The translations under genes were made by a program, and so were the position numbers. Below the pieces are notes generated by a model. The model was given only the letters and a program-made list of their open reading frames with translations, made no database searches and was not told the DNA's origin. Positions 1 to 15,527 of a stretch of DNA of 64,000 nucleotides are shown piece by piece. The stretch's first letter is position 1, and the number at the start of each line of letters is the position of its first letter. This DNA is from Octopus sinensis (taxonomy: Eukaryota), in NCBI RefSeq assembly GCF_006345805.1, contig NC_043012.1:48174001-48238000 (forward strand), given 5' to 3'.

Positions 1-793
1 GAAAGAAAGGTCGGGTTTAGCGGAACACCGGTCATGTGGAAGGAGAAGAGCGAAGTAGGGGGCAGAGGAATTGCAGAATTAGGGAGGGACACAGCACTAT
101 GAGGAAGGTGAGGCCATAATGCCAGTCCAGAAGCCAGTCTACATGAGTCCAAATACTTGAATGTATGCCGAGAGATTGTCTTAGCCCGTTTGCCTTCATA
201 TTGTTGATTTCTGCATTCATTATCAGTGTGTTTTGGCGATTTAAATAAGAGTTATTTCCAGCAGGGAGACATACTTTGTATGTCCTTTGATCTGTGTTCC
301 TTTCCTCTCTGTTCTCTCTTTCTCGTCCCTCCCTAATTCTTCAATTCTTCTGCCCCCTACTTCGCTCTTCTCCTTCCACATGACCGGTGTTCCGCCAAAC
401 CCGAACTTTCTTTCTTGGTTCGACTGCCATTCGTGTAGCATTTCTTATATTCCTTCACACGACTTTCATCCATTACTTCCTGCCATAAGGCTTCACTTTA
501 CACACGCTAGCTTAATTTAACTCGTCCTTAGTCGAAAGACACATGTTCTTAATGATTGTTGTTTGTGTTTGTAATTATGTACCATTTCTCCATTTTTTCG
601 TCCTTGTTTTCGCATGCATTCACTTGCTTTATTCCAAAGAATCTAGTGTTACCTGGCGAAACTGCAGGGATAATCTGGAACTCGACTGAGGATAGAAAAC
701 TCCGAATGATCCGCCTTTGTTTTTCTCTGTCCTTCTTTGTATCGTCTAACTGTCCGGATTTTTTCTTGTCGCCTGTTACGTTCTTGTTCCAAC
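1..793. mobile_element. PLE-associated non-coding repeat with terminal inversion (left arm probably continues outside the window)
   Basis: 1-90 is the reverse complement of 325-414 (4 mismatches in 90). ~555-793 aligns by eye with ~63655-63945, downstream of the GIY-YIG remnant. It ends in a (TA)n tract. Confidence 0.6.
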
Positions 794-799
794 ATATAT

Positions 800-864
<65 letters not shown>

Positions 865-867
865 GGG

Positions 868-899
<32 letters not shown>

Positions 900-1802
900 T
901 AATAGTATAAAATACAATTATACTTAAAGGCATGGAGACGACCATGCCTATAGTACTTTAGAACTGGTTCACATCGTGGTTGCGAAGCGAACTTCTAAAC
1001 CATTCGACCACTTAGCAGATTTATGAAAATTTTGATACCATTTCATATTTTATGGTTATCATCATCATCATCATCATCATCATCGTTGTTGTTGTTGATG
1101 TTACAGTTTCAAATTTTGGCACAAGACCAAGAATTTTGTAGGAATGGGGCTCGTCAATTACATAGACACCCCCTCTCAATACTTGACCGCTACTTATTAC
1201 ATCGACCCAAAAGAATGAAAGGGGTCGATAAATAAGTATCAGTCAAGTACTGCAGTCGTTGTAAATGACTAGCCCTTTCTGTTCACAATTCCTTAGATCA
1301 TGCCATAATTTGAAACCATTATGCTGATTTTCCTCGATTTAAATATACAATATCCAAATCTCATTGGAAAATTCCTATTTCTTGCATGTAAATACGTAAT
1401 TTCTTTATTTCAAAAAAAAAAAAAATTCTGCTTCGTACATATTTCTTCCCGATACAGTTTTCGTTTAACAAGGAAATTCTTTTCGCATCGCAAGTAATCC
1501 TCCTTTCGCAGTCATATTCATTGTAAATCATAACTTTTATTTCAAGTTCATTAGTACTATTTTTTTCTTTTCAGAACAGTCCTTCATAAATAATAATTTT
1601 CACTTTTCCATGGAATTCTTCCAAAATTTCCATTAAGCATTCTTTTTCAATCAGGTCTATTCTAAATAATATCACCTCCCTTTTCAGTTTTATCGACATT
1701 TTCTTTTTATATTCAGCGAAATCACTCTCGAGAAATACCACCTTCTATTTCCTTTCCTTTTTCTCATACATACATACACACATACACACATACATACATA
1801 CA

Positions 1803-1838
<36 letters not shown>

Positions 1839-1905
1839 CGTATATATATGTATATATATATATACATACATATATATATTTATATATATATATATGCATA
1901 CAGAT

Positions 1906-1943
<38 letters not shown>

Positions 1944-2136
1944 GTGTGTGAGTGTGTGTGTGATAGTTATGTATGTATATATATTTATATATGTCCATAT
2001 ATCACGATACACTTAATCCAATATCAATGCTAATTAATGTATCTCGAACGTGGCATCTTCTACGCTAGTAATAATACTATTCAATGCTAAGAGATACATT
2101 TCTGAATATGCTCATATGTACAAGTATCAAAATATT

Positions 2137-2167
<31 letters not shown>

Positions 2168-2719
2168 GTCTAACAAAAATATATTCTTTTTATGTATACG
2201 TGTGTGTCAGTGCGTTATAGAATCGGTCTCTGAATAATCCACTCCGTATACTTGGGGAAACCTTTATAGCATTAGATTCGATTCTGCGTTTTGCCACAGA
2301 ATTTACAATTCAATCATGTGCACAACAGAGATTATATCGAATAAACGGCCGTTGTTCACGTGATAGTTCAGTGTTCTGATTAAAACTTTCCGTGAGTGAG
2401 GCCTACAAGTACAGCCAAATTGAGTGCCAAAAATGTACGATGTCTCGGTTCGAGATGGCGTAAACTCTTCTAATAGCAGTTTTCACAGCTGCATATTTAA
2501 CCTGGAATGATCGAAGAAGACACACCACGAGGCCTGAATATGCAGAATTTAGCCTAACTGTTAAATTTCTAACAGAGACTTTCTGTACGTGTCATATTAC
2601 GCTATTTCATCTGAATCCTTCTATTAATTTCATTGCATGAATATCTTTCCTTTCAATGTAACAAACAAATTATTTCTCAATACATGAAGAAGCCTTCCTT
2701 GTTACAACTTTATTGAGGG

Positions 2720-3000
2720 TAGCCTTATAACTAGTAGCGAGTACAATGATTCATAAGACTCTATGAAAGTAGTTCGAATTCTTATTTGAACAATTCATTT
2801 TTTTATATGGGAGAATATTTACTCGTATCTAAATTTAATATAACATCCAAAACGTGAAGTAAGAAGAGTAGCAACGGTAATTCGTAAATCTAATTATCTA
2901 AATAGCACTATAAATCTTAAATCCTATTAGTTCAAATTATCCGTTAGTTCGGCGTAACTACTGGAGAAATATGCAAAAAAGAAGGTCTACAACATAAATT
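2720..3000 (-). pseudogene. Possible highly decayed PLE reverse-transcriptase fragment
   Basis: Minus strand gives LHVLDVILNLDTSKYSPYKK..NKNSN, resembling the PLE RT motif FLDVTLNL.TG.Y.PY.K..N..SNHP. Many stops. Confidence 0.3.
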
Positions 3001-3450
3001 CCAGTACTTCCTCAATTCAGCGCCTTTGTAAAAATTTATGGATACAGCAAACACTTCGTTTCCGTTCTTTATAAAACAGAATCGTTTATCAAACAATAAA
3101 AGGGATTTCCTTGCATACATAATTATCCTGATATCGGATTCGCTAATTGGTACGTAATTACTGGCGAAAGTTATGGCGAGCTGAAATTCTATTACGCTGA
3201 ATTGAAATGTTGTTTATCTTCGATACAGTTGAATCATTCTATTATAGAAGCACTGTTGTTCCATAATGGAAGGTAAATGGCTTCTTTTTTTCGTTCTACG
3301 TATGACTGAACATATGATATGCTTTCTGATCACATTTAACTCGCTTTGGGATGGGTTAATTAACCTTTATTTAGGGTTGCTGATGAATATACATTCATAT
3401 ATAAACGTATATACGTACATACATAAATACATATATGCATACGTGCATGC

Positions 3451-3483
<33 letters not shown>

Positions 3484-4149
3484 TGTATGTATGTATGTAT
3501 GTATGTATGTATGTATGTATGCATACATGAATTGCAAGCACGGTGGAGACGTCTCTACTGCAGTCTTTATGAGTTCAGTCTCACTTCTTGGCATTTTGAT
3601 AATAATTCTTTCATATATACTGGTCGAACCAAGTCTTGTGAGTGACACAGGGTGGAAGGATCGTCTGTAGCTATATTTCAAAGGACCTAATTCCTTCCAA
3701 GTTTATACCTGACAATTACCTTAAGGCAGCAAGTGTGGGTGCACTATTTAGACCCGTACACTAATTCACTGAGTAAATTATTCTGATGAACGTACACCTA
3801 GATATCCATCGTCAAAACTGGTGAGGGATGCACTTACTTTATGTGTACTGTATATCCATCTATTTATCTATCTGTCTATTTATCTATTTATCTATCTATC
3901 TAATATATATACGTGACAGTGCATGAGAGTACATATCCGCATGCATGTGTTTAATTAGGAATGAATGTTTGAATGAATGAATACGCCCTTTATCACAGAT
4001 TGGTGTGTAGGCCTCACACACCAATATTCATCAGGGTATAGTCTCGTGCTGCAAACGTGCACTGTACCAGGCTTCTTCACTTCCACTCCTTAATGTTATC
4101 TTCAGTTTTGCTGGTTATGAATTCGTTTCCCACCCACCCAGATTTGAGC

Positions 4150-4700
4150 CCTGATAAGTTGACCCCAAAATGATCAGGACTCAAATCTGACTGACCATCA
4201 CCATAACCTTTCGTTCCGCTCTCAACTACATCAAGACTAAAGTATTTGCTCTAGGAGTTGCTTAAACAATCATCAGTACTTGTCGGTGGCGCATCATTTT
4301 CAGTAACCGCTGTTTGTTGTCTGCTTCTTTCAAGATTCATACTTCACACCCCTACAGATCAGATCAAGACTTTAACAGCTTTCAGATCGATGCTTTTGAT
4401 GGATGTGGTATCTCTCCATGTGTACTTATGATTTCGGAGGAGTTCTTCTTGTACCAAGGCTTGCTCTGATTCTCTGGGCAAAGTTCGGTGTTTCAACAAC
4501 TGATCCTAAATATTTGAGTTCGTTAACCTGGGCTAGTTAACCTGTTGGCATCATACTGTAAGCTACTCTGATTCCCTCGTCACTGCAATAATGGTAAGCT
4601 TTTATTGCTGATCTGCAGCTGAAACGCACTACACATCCAGAGGTCAGCCGTCGAGATGGCGATCAGTTAACAGCGTAATGCTGGTGCATACACAAAGAAA
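4150..4700 (-). mobile_element. Decayed RTE-clade LINE, RT C-terminal region
   Basis: Minus-strand fragments LAQVNELKYLGSVV and GCEV*ILKEADNK resemble the RTE motifs F.YLGS and YGCE.W.L...D. Frameshifted. Confidence 0.5.
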
Positions 4701-4923
4701 ACAGGGTTCATGTGCTGATCTCTGTGTGATCAGTAAAGTAAAGAGTTAAAATGGCAGATGAAATAAGATGCGCATTTCGAACTCCTTTCCTGATCTAAAC
4801 CAGTCAGTAAGCACTAACGTATCTGGTTTTACGATAGAACATTTCTCGGTCATTATATATCTTCGTCCATTTGAGCAATCACCCAAACTTTGACCTTAAG
4901 CATTTATTTCAATATCTCATTGC

Positions 4924-5052
4924 TGTCTGAGGTTGACTTTGCCTTTCAATCTTCTGAGGTCGATAAGTTAGTACCAGTTCATCATTGGGTCGATGTAATC
5001 GATTTAACCCCTCTCCACGCCACGAAATTGCTAGCCCCAAAATTTCAAACCA
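4924..5052 (+). mobile_element. SINE family B, partial
   Basis: GAGGTTGACTTTGCCTTTCAATCTTCTGAGGTCGATAAGTTAGTACCAG matches the core of the 22889-23301 copies. Confidence 0.7.
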
Positions 5053-7036
5053 ATATTTTATTCATTTTATCAAAGAACATATTTCTATTGCATATTTGTT
5101 GCAAGGAAGAAATCATTCACTGTCAACTGCATTGTTGCCAAGTACAACAGTGCTATTCATTCTTTTCTTTTCATTCACTCATTGGACTATGGTCATGTTG
5201 AGACACCATCATGCTGAGCAATTTTGCAAAAAGGTAACACCGTTGATTATATTACCTCTTGTACATATTCTGAACCCGAAACCACAGGGTTGTAAAGCGA
5301 AATTCTTGACTACTCAGCATTAATGAGGTATCTGGTATTAAAATTGTAAAGAGAGAAATTTTTTAGAAGCCTTCACGTAGGTTCCACTTACACATCAAAG
5401 GCAGAGCTTGGACACAACTTAGATTTCACCGATTCTGCCTAAGAATTAAGAAGGGGTTACACGTTTCTACGGAATTCCTACGAAATCGCATAATTGCATT
5501 AGCAGATAATTCGGTTGACGAGCAACTGACTTCTCCTTGTCAAACGACGAAAAACCCTCTACTTATTTGGTTGACTAGTATACATTATATATCCATAAAC
5601 ATTTGCCTGGCAAGGGTCTTTGATATCCTTAGTGAAGATTTCTTCCAATTTATTGTTGTAAATGCTACGTGAATAATGTTCCCTTGAGTCATGCATTTCT
5701 TAATAATTTCGTGAAGTTATGACTCAGTGTATGGATTAAGTATTTCCATGTGCTCTATATAATCTACTTACATGGGTCGTTAAATTTAGTTTTGCGTCCA
5801 AGATGTGTAGATTATGAGCATAAGATAATCCTAGTTTCTGGTATTCGAACATTTGATTTTCTAAATATGATTTTCTAAAATATTGTTGAAGAAATCTGTA
5901 ATTTTTTTCTTAAACACTTTTGCCATCAAATCTAGACTCTGTAAAGAAGTTATCCAGGAAAAAATATAATCTCTAATACTTCTACTTATAAATGTCTAAT
6001 AATAAAATTTATGTAGAATATTTTAGCTACAAGAGAAAAATATTGCCATATAAATCATGGTTTTCCAGGAAAAAGGGAAAACTTAACTAAAAAGATTTGC
6101 ACTGAAAAGAATGCAGAGCTAAGATTGAAGACGGAGAGGAGAAGAGAAAACAACGATAGCATATGAAAATTCTAAACAGAAACTGCACGATATAAACAAG
6201 GAAATATTGATTAAAAGAAAGAAAAGAAAACAATAGCATTTATTTACCAATTTATATTGATAAGCAATTAAAATTATTTATAGAAAATTCTATATTTAAA
6301 AAGTCTAAATTTTGTGCCGTAAGCGTTTATTGGTACGTTATTTTATGCCAATAAAATGATTTGTGACATGGATTATATTAGCTAACGCGTACTTCTCTCC
6401 CCGTCTTTTATTTCAGTGTATCATTAACTCAGTTTCGTGACACAACTATCAATTATTTTTCATATTATTTTACTTCGTATTGATTCATCTAACTCGGCGA
6501 CGAAAACAAAAATCCACAACAACAAGATGACTGTGAAACAGAATGGCTCCAATAATTTATATCAAAGTAAAGTCACCAGGATCAATACATTTACTCTGAT
6601 CAAAGACGCAGACCTCAAGACTCTAAGTCTATTTGATCTTCGTCAGCATCGGTGGCTAATAGATCATAACTTATTTATAAAATCTGGAGTTTTGATTTTA
6701 ATTCTTAAAAAAGCGCATAAATCTGCCGGGCCAATCGAACCACAAATTCATAAACATACACTCACGTATATGCATACACAAGTGTACAGAGATATTTAAT
6801 AAATACATGGAAGCTTCGGCTTGTACGTCTTTTTCCGGCTGTGCCAAACGTGGATGCATTTTTTGTTTTTTTTCTTTTTTACTTTCTATAGTTTTGGACA
6901 AATTTTGTTAACGCACAGATGAACGAACTATGTATACCCACATACGTAGATATATATAAACACATACATACATACATACATACACATACATACATACACA
7001 TACACACACACCCACACGTATACATATATAAATATA

Positions 7037-8140
7037 CAGGGTACAATGGCTAACTTGTCATCTCATATTTTTAATTACGTGTGTGCGCGTTGTTTATTTT
7101 TGATTTTGTTGACTACACAGTACAGTAGGGTTAGATGGGCACCGTTTTCAGAAAGAATTGGATGTGTGTAATGGTAGTTACGAAGGTACAGTAGCTCAGA
7201 AAACTCACTGATCGTTCTAATAAGAAAGGAATTCATGAATTTCTTGCTGGGATCCAGGCCATGATTGACAATGATCCCTCCAAGTAAATCGGGTCTACTG
7301 CCAGGGACATGGGAGTGTCTGAGCTTCTTATCAGACATGTAATACATGAAGATATTCAGCATTCCTCATAGAAGATGAGAAACGGCAAATACTTATCTCA
7401 AGCCGTCAAGGACAAGAGGAAAGACCGCTCGACGAAGCTTTTGAAGAAATCAAGCATCCTCGCCAACCGAACATGCTTTGGATTTTACTCAGACGAGAAA
7501 TTTTTCTGCCACGATCAGATGGTGAACACACAGAACAACTATTGGCTTGCTGTGTCTCCAAAACACGTACCGACTACTCGCTAGCGATGGTGATGTTATG
7601 CCCTCATTCATCTTCCTACACATCGCTCAGACTAAAAACGGCAGCCTACACCAAGTGCCTGGAGGAGGTAGTGCTGTCCTGGGTCAAGAGGGTGGCTGCT
7701 GGAAGACACTATGTCTGGCAACAGGACTCTGCACCATGCCACACATGCAGTTGAACGCGGTCATGGCTGGCTGACAGATTCTACGACCACATCACCTCTA
7801 ACATCCGGCCACTTAGTGCTGCAACCTCCTTCATTATTATGTGTGGGGCTCAGTAGAGCGAGAGACAAAACTCATTGTAACATCAAAGATAAACTGAAGG
7901 CAAGGATTATGGCAGCATTCACCAACTTAAACAAAGAAACAGTCCAGAATAGTTGCAGGAGAGTCCAAAGTAGTCTGGAGGCCGTGGTTAAAGCCAAATG
8001 GCGATTTTATTGAATATATTTACTCTTTAGTATTTCGAGATATTTTTATATAATTTTGGTAAATATATCTGTTAAAATGAGACGTTAATGTTATTTTCAT
8101 TTTGGCGTAATTTAGACGATAATTTACTCACGGCACGCTG
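7037..8140 (+). mobile_element. Decayed Tc1/mariner-superfamily DNA transposon (maT/DD37D-like)
   Basis: TA-flanked degenerate TIRs (cagggtacaatggctaacttgtcatct versus reverse complement cagcgtgccgtgagtaaattatcgtct). Transposase motifs FYSDEKFF, YVWQQDSAPCHT and CNLLHYYVWG are split over frames. Confidence 0.85.
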
Positions 8141-8186
<46 letters not shown>

Positions 8187-8289
8187 AGTACATACATATG
8201 CATATCGAAAAGTATATGTGCATCTAGGGGTTGATACACATATGTATTGCTACATATATTTTAATTATTTTTCATAGATATTCATGCAT

Positions 8290-8324
<35 letters not shown>

Positions 8325-8349
8325 TGTCTGTCTGTGTGTGTGTGTGTGT

Positions 8350-8600
8350 GGCTGACCTCCTCTCCATTTCAAGGACATGTGCATACGTAATATGAAGGCC
8401 ATGAGTATGAATACCGAAACCTGAGAGAACATGGCAAAAGACGTTCCTGCTGGAGACAAACGCTGAGTACCGCCTTGATTGAAGGAGAAGATCGCATACA
8501 TCAGACAGCAGAGGAGATGCAGGGAGACTGAACCACCAACAAACGACCAACCGAACAGCCTCATTTGCGAACGTTGCAGCCGTGACTGTCACCCAGGCAT
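8350..8600 (+). mobile_element. RTE-clade LINE 3' ORF fragment
   Basis: Translates as G*PPLHFKDMCIRNMKAMSMNTET*ENMAKD..WRQ, matching the RTE C-terminal pattern GRP..RFKD..K..WE..A.DR..WR. Confidence 0.7.
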
Positions 8601-9234
8601 TTCCCTTGTCCCGTACTTCTGTTAACCTAGGTCACATAATAAAATTTTATGTAAGAATGCAAGTTGTAAATGTTTCAACATCCGCACACCTTTTTTCCCG
8701 ACGGTTGACAGTACATTTGCACGAAGACTTGCAGTACACTATAATACAATACACGAAACAAAAACAGTTACAAAACGCAATGGAAGAACGTTAGCTTGAC
8801 AGCAGTTATATGGTGATATCTATATCATACATCATTCGGTGAGAAATAAAAGGTGAAGCCATAAAAACTAAATACAAACCAATATTCAACTCACAACTAT
8901 GTCACAAGTGAACCAGCGTTAAGTGTTCTATAATTTTATATATGAACTCAGCAATCTTATCAGTTAACTGTATTCTTGTAATTTTTGTGATCTAGAAAAG
9001 CGTGCAGACAAAACGTCAGTATTACCATTCATAGCATTCTGATAACTGGGCAAAATATATTTTGAAACGCTAATGAAGTACAGCATTGAGGAATGGTAAA
9101 CTGGTATAGAAGAAACAAAGGAATCATCATGAAAACAGTTTAATGAGGACGATTGGACTCGAGTACAATGCTGGTTTTAAAACAACACACGTTCACATAA
9201 GCCTGTGTACACACGCGCTTGCGCTATATATGTA

Positions 9235-9975
<741 letters not shown>

Positions 9976-10556
9976 CTTACATATTAATGCCTAGATACAT
10001 ACTTATTTTGTACGCGTGCAGTGTATGCACGTAAGTTCAGTGTATAAGGTTCATGAATAACAGAACGAAGAAAAATGCGTGTTACAATGTGAGCCAACAG
10101 AAGAATACGGAAATTCCTGCTCGGAACCGCTGGAAGGAGCGAAACTGTCGGAAGTTGCCGAAATTGTAGTGATCTTCAGTCGACAGCTGCTGAAGAGAAT
10201 GTCCCGCAGTGCCAATTGTATGCAAATGAATAATAAATAGAGAAAGACACATAGAATGTAAAAGACAATTTATTTATCATATCTCTGCATCTTTTTCTTA
10301 ACTTGCTGTTGCTCCTTAGGTCTCCCTCTCCCTTCCACTCTCTCCCTCCTCCTACTGTCTCACTCACTCACTCACCGCTTTCTCATTAAATCTGCATCTG
10401 GTTCATTCGCCATGCTATTTTCCTCGTTTTCTTTCTCTTCCCTTCCACCCGCTAGCTTTTCCTACTACCTCACTTGCATTCTCTTCTTTACTTTCCAGTG
10501 TCGATGCATGTATGTATGTATGTGTGTACATAAATATAAGCATATATAATATATAT

Positions 10557-10559
<3 letters not shown>

Positions 10560-10617
<58 letters not shown>

Positions 10618-10621
10618 CGTA

Positions 10622-10669
<48 letters not shown>

Positions 10670-10670
10670 A

Positions 10671-10716
<46 letters not shown>

Positions 10717-10735
10717 ATATATATATATATATATG
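10560..10735. repeat. (TA)n + (TATC)n microsatellite
   Basis: Direct inspection. Confidence 0.95.
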
Positions 10736-11105
10736 TGCTCACATGCAAGCCATACGTAAATATATACATATATGTATGTGCCGATGTATGTTTGTGCTTA
10801 TGTATATCAATAAGCATTCGTAGTATAAGATGTAGACTCAGTTTTTTATTCCTTCTTTCGCATTATTTCCGTCTTAGTCTTTCTGTCAATTTCGTTTCTT
10901 TTTACATATCATCCAATCCATCTTCCTCAGTCTGACGTAATCTTTAACCATCCATTCACATACAAAGAAAGACACAAACACACTTACACACATACATGCA
11001 CACACACTTTATTTTTCTTGCTTTCAACTATTGTCACTTTCTGTCTTTTTCTTTGTCTTCTCCTCTCTCAATCTCTCTTTATTTATCTTTATCTATCTCT
11101 CTTTC

Positions 11106-11199
<94 letters not shown>

Positions 11200-11824
11200 C
11201 AGGCAGACAGACAGACAGAGTTAGACAGATGGATAGATAGATAGATTTATGTATATGTGTGAGTATATTATATATATGTGTGTGTTTGTGTGTCTATCTA
11301 TTTATCTATGCATCTATCTATCTACCTATCTATCTATCTATCGCTCTTTCCTCTGATATTAACTCACGCAACTTCAACCTCATTCTCTCTACGTCTTCCT
11401 TACACTATCTCTCCCTATATTTCTTACTCGCCTTCAGTCACATCTTTCTTATCAAGTATATCTTTCTCTCTATTTCTGTTTCCCTTCATCTCCTTTTCTA
11501 TTTTTCACCAGCTTCCCCTCGAGTGAGTTAAGTCCTTCTCTCACACACGCCTTCAGCCTTATTCACACTCTCTGGCACCCTATGTCTCATCCTATCTAAA
11601 CCCCTGCCACTCTTTCCATCTTTCTCTCTCCTCTCTATATTTGCCTCTCGATCACGCATACATTCAGTTTTCTTTCTTTCCTAGAACCTCGTGCATCTGG
11701 AACTCTCTCTCTCTCTCTCTCTCTCTTTGTACATGTCTTTCTTTCTCCGATATTTCTCATATTTTCCCACTATCTTTAACTCCTACTAATTCATTCTCTC
11801 TCTTTGTCTGTTTCCTCCTCTCCC

Positions 11825-11932
11825 TTCTTCTTCTTCTTCTCTTCTTCTTCTTCTTCTTCTTCTTCTTCTTCTTCTTCTTCTTCTTCTTTCTTCTTCTTCT
11901 TCTTCTTCTTCTTCTTCTGCTACTTCTTCTTC
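11825..11932. repeat. (TTC)n microsatellite
   Basis: Direct inspection. Confidence 0.95.
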
Positions 11933-12654
11933 TTTATTCCATGTATCTCAACATCAGCAAATCAACAGCAACTACGAAACAGCAAAAATAAATGATATAA
12001 AAACCAACAGCAAACAACATGAGAAAAGTCAACGACAACGACGTGATAGGGTTAAAGATCGAGGTCAGTATGGAACCTGGAATCCTGCTGACTACAGCGA
12101 GGTCAAGTAGATGATAAAACAATGTCAGTATCATCGAATTTGCCATCCAAATCGATTATTTGCCTTCTCTACTCTCAGACAATTTGCTTTCTCTTACATC
12201 TTCCAGCTTCCTTTCTCTTTCCCTTATTTCTTTCCATCTTTTTTTCTTTTCGAAGCCTCATCCTCTCTCTCTCACTCTCTCTTTTCCCTGCTCTCTCTCT
12301 CTCTTGCTCTCTGCTCTCCTTTCTCTCTTTCCCTCTTTCCGTTCTTTTCTCAACCATTCTTTCTTACATTCTGTGTTATTTCTTTCTTTTATGTTCCTCA
12401 GTTCTTTCTGCCTGTCCTCCTTTCTTGCTTGCTTGCTTGCTTTAACTCTTTCTCCCCTGCTTTCTCGCTTTCTTCCTTTCTCGGTCGCGTGTCTTCTATC
12501 TTTATTCCTCCCTTCCTTCCTTCCTTCCTTTCCCCCTTTCTTGTTTGCTTGCATTCTTATTTCGTTATCAACCCTACACTTCTTCTCTCTTCAATTGTCC
12601 CTTCCTCTCTCTTGCTAACTAATTCCCTTGTTGTCCCTCTTCTAACCTCTCTCT

Positions 12655-12693
<39 letters not shown>

Positions 12694-12761
12694 CCCAACT
12701 CTATGCCTATACTTTCTCACTTTCTTCTCTGTTTCTCTTTATTTTACCCTCCTCATATTAC

Positions 12762-12935
12762 CCAGCTTCTTTGGATAGATCTGAAGTAAAAAGCAGTGTA
12801 AATAGCTTCCCAAAGAACTTCTCTCCAGTGCAGTAATGTCGATGTTGTTATCATTCTCAGAAGCTGATTTAAAAACTCTAATTAAATGTGCGCAGTGTAG
12901 AAATTTCAGAGATTCAGCATTCTGAGTAAAAAGTC
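12762..12935 (-). other. Candidate internal exon (174 nt, phase 1-1), product unrecognised
   Basis: Minus-strand acceptor ccattgtcttcag|G and donor CTGG|gtaata. Open frame GLFTQNAESLKFLHCAHLIRVFKSASENDNNIDITALERSSLGSYLHCFLLQIYPKKL. No homology recognised. Confidence 0.2.
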
Positions 12936-13253
12936 CTGAAGACAATGGCAAGCGCCGGTACTTAAGAATGAATGCTTAACGTTACGAGGAGAAACTTGTG
13001 GGTCAGAAGAACTACAGTAAATGCGACAGGGAATTGACAGCTCTGAGAAGCGGCAGCCACTGCAGTAGTGAATGAAAAATAAAAAGGTGGAAAAAAAAAA
13101 TGGGACACACGTTGGAGTGTGTTTGGTTTGCGTTTGAATGCCAAGCAGTCGGTTCGAGTTTTTAAAGATAGATTTTTCTAAAGGTTCGAGTTTATAAGCT
13201 GTTTGATCACTATTCCGTTGTGAGTTCTTACTGGAGCCTGAATGAAAATATAC

Positions 13254-13272
13254 GATAGATAGATAGATAGAT

Positions 13273-13338
<66 letters not shown>

Positions 13339-13339
13339 G

Positions 13340-13370
<31 letters not shown>
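13254..13370. repeat. (GATA)n microsatellite
   Basis: Direct inspection. Confidence 0.95.
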
Positions 13371-13830
13371 GCTGTGGTTTTGTGATGAGAAATTTGCTCT
13401 TCTACGACATGGTTACGGATTCAGTCCAACTCCGAGGCATCTTAGGCAAGTACCTTTTACTATAGCCGACCAAAACCTTATCAGTGGATTTGGTGGACAG
13501 AAACTGAAAGAATCTCGTCATATATACATACATACAAACATACATAGGTACATAGCTGGAAAGATAGAAATATAGATAGACGTGTGTGGATGTGTGTGCG
13601 TGTGTGTGTGAGTGCGCACTTCTTTGTGTCTGTTTTTGTCCTTACTAGTACCTGAGAACCGGTGTTGTTGTATTTAAGTCCTTGGAACTTACCGATTCTG
13701 CAAGAGACTGATGGAATAAGCACCAGGCTTTAAATATTCATAAGTATCGGGATCGATTTGGTCAACGACAATTCTTCAAGTCAGTGTCCCAGCTGGGCCG
13801 TAGCCTAATGATTCAAAGAAATTATTAAAA
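13369..13830 (+). mobile_element. tRNA-derived SINE family A (diverged)
   Basis: Head GCTGTGGT..CATGGTTACGGATTCAGTCC, GTGGATTTGGTGGACAGAAACTGAAAGAA and the tail are shared with 29068-29522. Confidence 0.8.
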
Positions 13831-14269
13831 AATGCATACACACACACATGCGCGCGCATTATTTCTGGATAAGATTTTGTTTATGTATGTTTCTCTTACT
13901 CATTCTTCCTTTTATTTCAACACAGACACGCCCACTTTTTTCTCTTCATCTCTCTTTCTCTTCATCCGTTTTTTCTTTTATCGGATTTGTCTTCATTGCA
14001 TAAATTCTAACAACCACTTTTTCTCTCATTATGTCTTTCCGTATCGGTCGCTCTCCTTTTCTCTCTCCACATAGTGCGTGTCTCTTTCTCTCACTCTCTC
14101 TCTGTCTCTCTTTCTGTCTCTCTCTCTGTCTCTCTCTCTCTTTCTGTCTTTCTCTTTCTGTCTCTCTCTCTGTCTCTCTCAACCTCTCTCTCTCTCTCTC
14201 ACACGCACACACACAGATACACATTTTTTCTTGTTTTCTTGTTTTCTTGTCTTCTTTTACGTTCATAGG

Positions 14270-14337
14270 TTTTCTTCTTCTTCTTCTTCTTCTTCTTATT
14301 ATTATTATTATTGTTATTATTATTATTATTATTATTA

Positions 14338-14374
<37 letters not shown>

Positions 14375-14405
14375 GTCATTATTATTATTATTATTATTCT
14401 TATTA

Positions 14406-14439
<34 letters not shown>

Positions 14440-14459
14440 CATCAGCATCATCAGCATCA

Positions 14460-14512
<53 letters not shown>
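14270..14512. repeat. (TTC)n(TTA)n(TCA)n trinucleotide block
   Basis: Direct inspection. Confidence 0.95.
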
Positions 14513-14594
14513 CCTCTCTACATACATTCCTCTCACTAACACACAGTTTTATTTCTTATTACTTTCTCATTCTCCCTGTCTCTCTCTCCCCCTA

Positions 14595-14646
<52 letters not shown>

Positions 14647-15054
14647 TCTTTCTCTCATTTCTTTTTTCCTATCTTTTCTATTTTTTCTTGTTTGTCCTTT
14701 CAAATTATTTAAAGCTTAGAAACACTGACAATATGTCTGTGGTGTTTGCCCCATTGCTCACAGACTAAAACCAGAATACGTTCTTGTTTCGCTTCACTAA
14801 CTCAAGAGAAAAGACAAAAACCTAACAGTCTCCACTATTGAACACCTCTCAATCATTAATTAACACTATTTATTGGTGATGAATATTTCAGACGACTGAC
14901 ATCTCTCACTCATAATATCTCATTCTTAATTCTGTCATTGAAATAAAGGTCTATTTTTATGTTTTCAATATATATCTTTAGTTAACGCGTACCTCCAGAG
15001 TGGTACTAATACTTATAAAATTTAAAGTCTCATTACTCAGCGATTATCATTATT

Positions 15055-15506
15055 ATTGAGTGAGAGAAAAGCGCATGCCATCAAAGTGACACTGGGTGGG
15101 GTACAAATAAACGATGCCTGATATAAGCATCATGACTACACGTTTGATAAGAGTACACCAGGCACATGCATCACAATCATAGGTGCGCAACATGGTGACC
15201 TCATCTCGAGATAAACAGCGCATGACCTTGCAAATGGGGCCCAGTTAGAATTTTCTTCACGTCGAGTAGCTCATCCCATTCAAGAGGTCCCTGAATAAGG
15301 TTACTTTTAAAGATGATGAACAAAACACTCATGTTTCCAGATGTGAATTATTCAGGCCCCAAAGAATTCCTCTCAACACATGGCTATGATGTTCCCCACT
15401 ACATCTGCTCGTGATCAGAGATGCACATATTCTCAGCCACTAAGGGACAGGCTCAACTGGTTATGGTCAAACAACTGACAAGCAAATCTGTGGTATTGAG
15501 CAGAAA
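15055..15506. mobile_element. Interspersed SINE-like repeat, family not assigned
   Basis: Complex ~450-bp block bounded by (TTA)n tracts. It resembles a recurrent octopus repeat from memory only; I see no second copy in the window. Confidence 0.4.
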
Positions 15507-15527
15507 TTTTTATTATTATTACTTCTG

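Noticed and set aside
3780-3830. CTGATGA-ACG...CGT-CAAAAC hammerhead-like string
   Set aside because: GAAA is absent and there is no convincing stem I or stem III.
5650-6050. Possible plus-strand PLE RT trace (TFDFLNMIF)
   Set aside because: A single weak motif, too decayed to support.
11945-12110. Stop-free plus frame QHQQINSNYETAK..GQYGTWNPADYSEVK after a (TTC)n tract
   Set aside because: No recognisable homology and no clear splice pair; compatible with chance.
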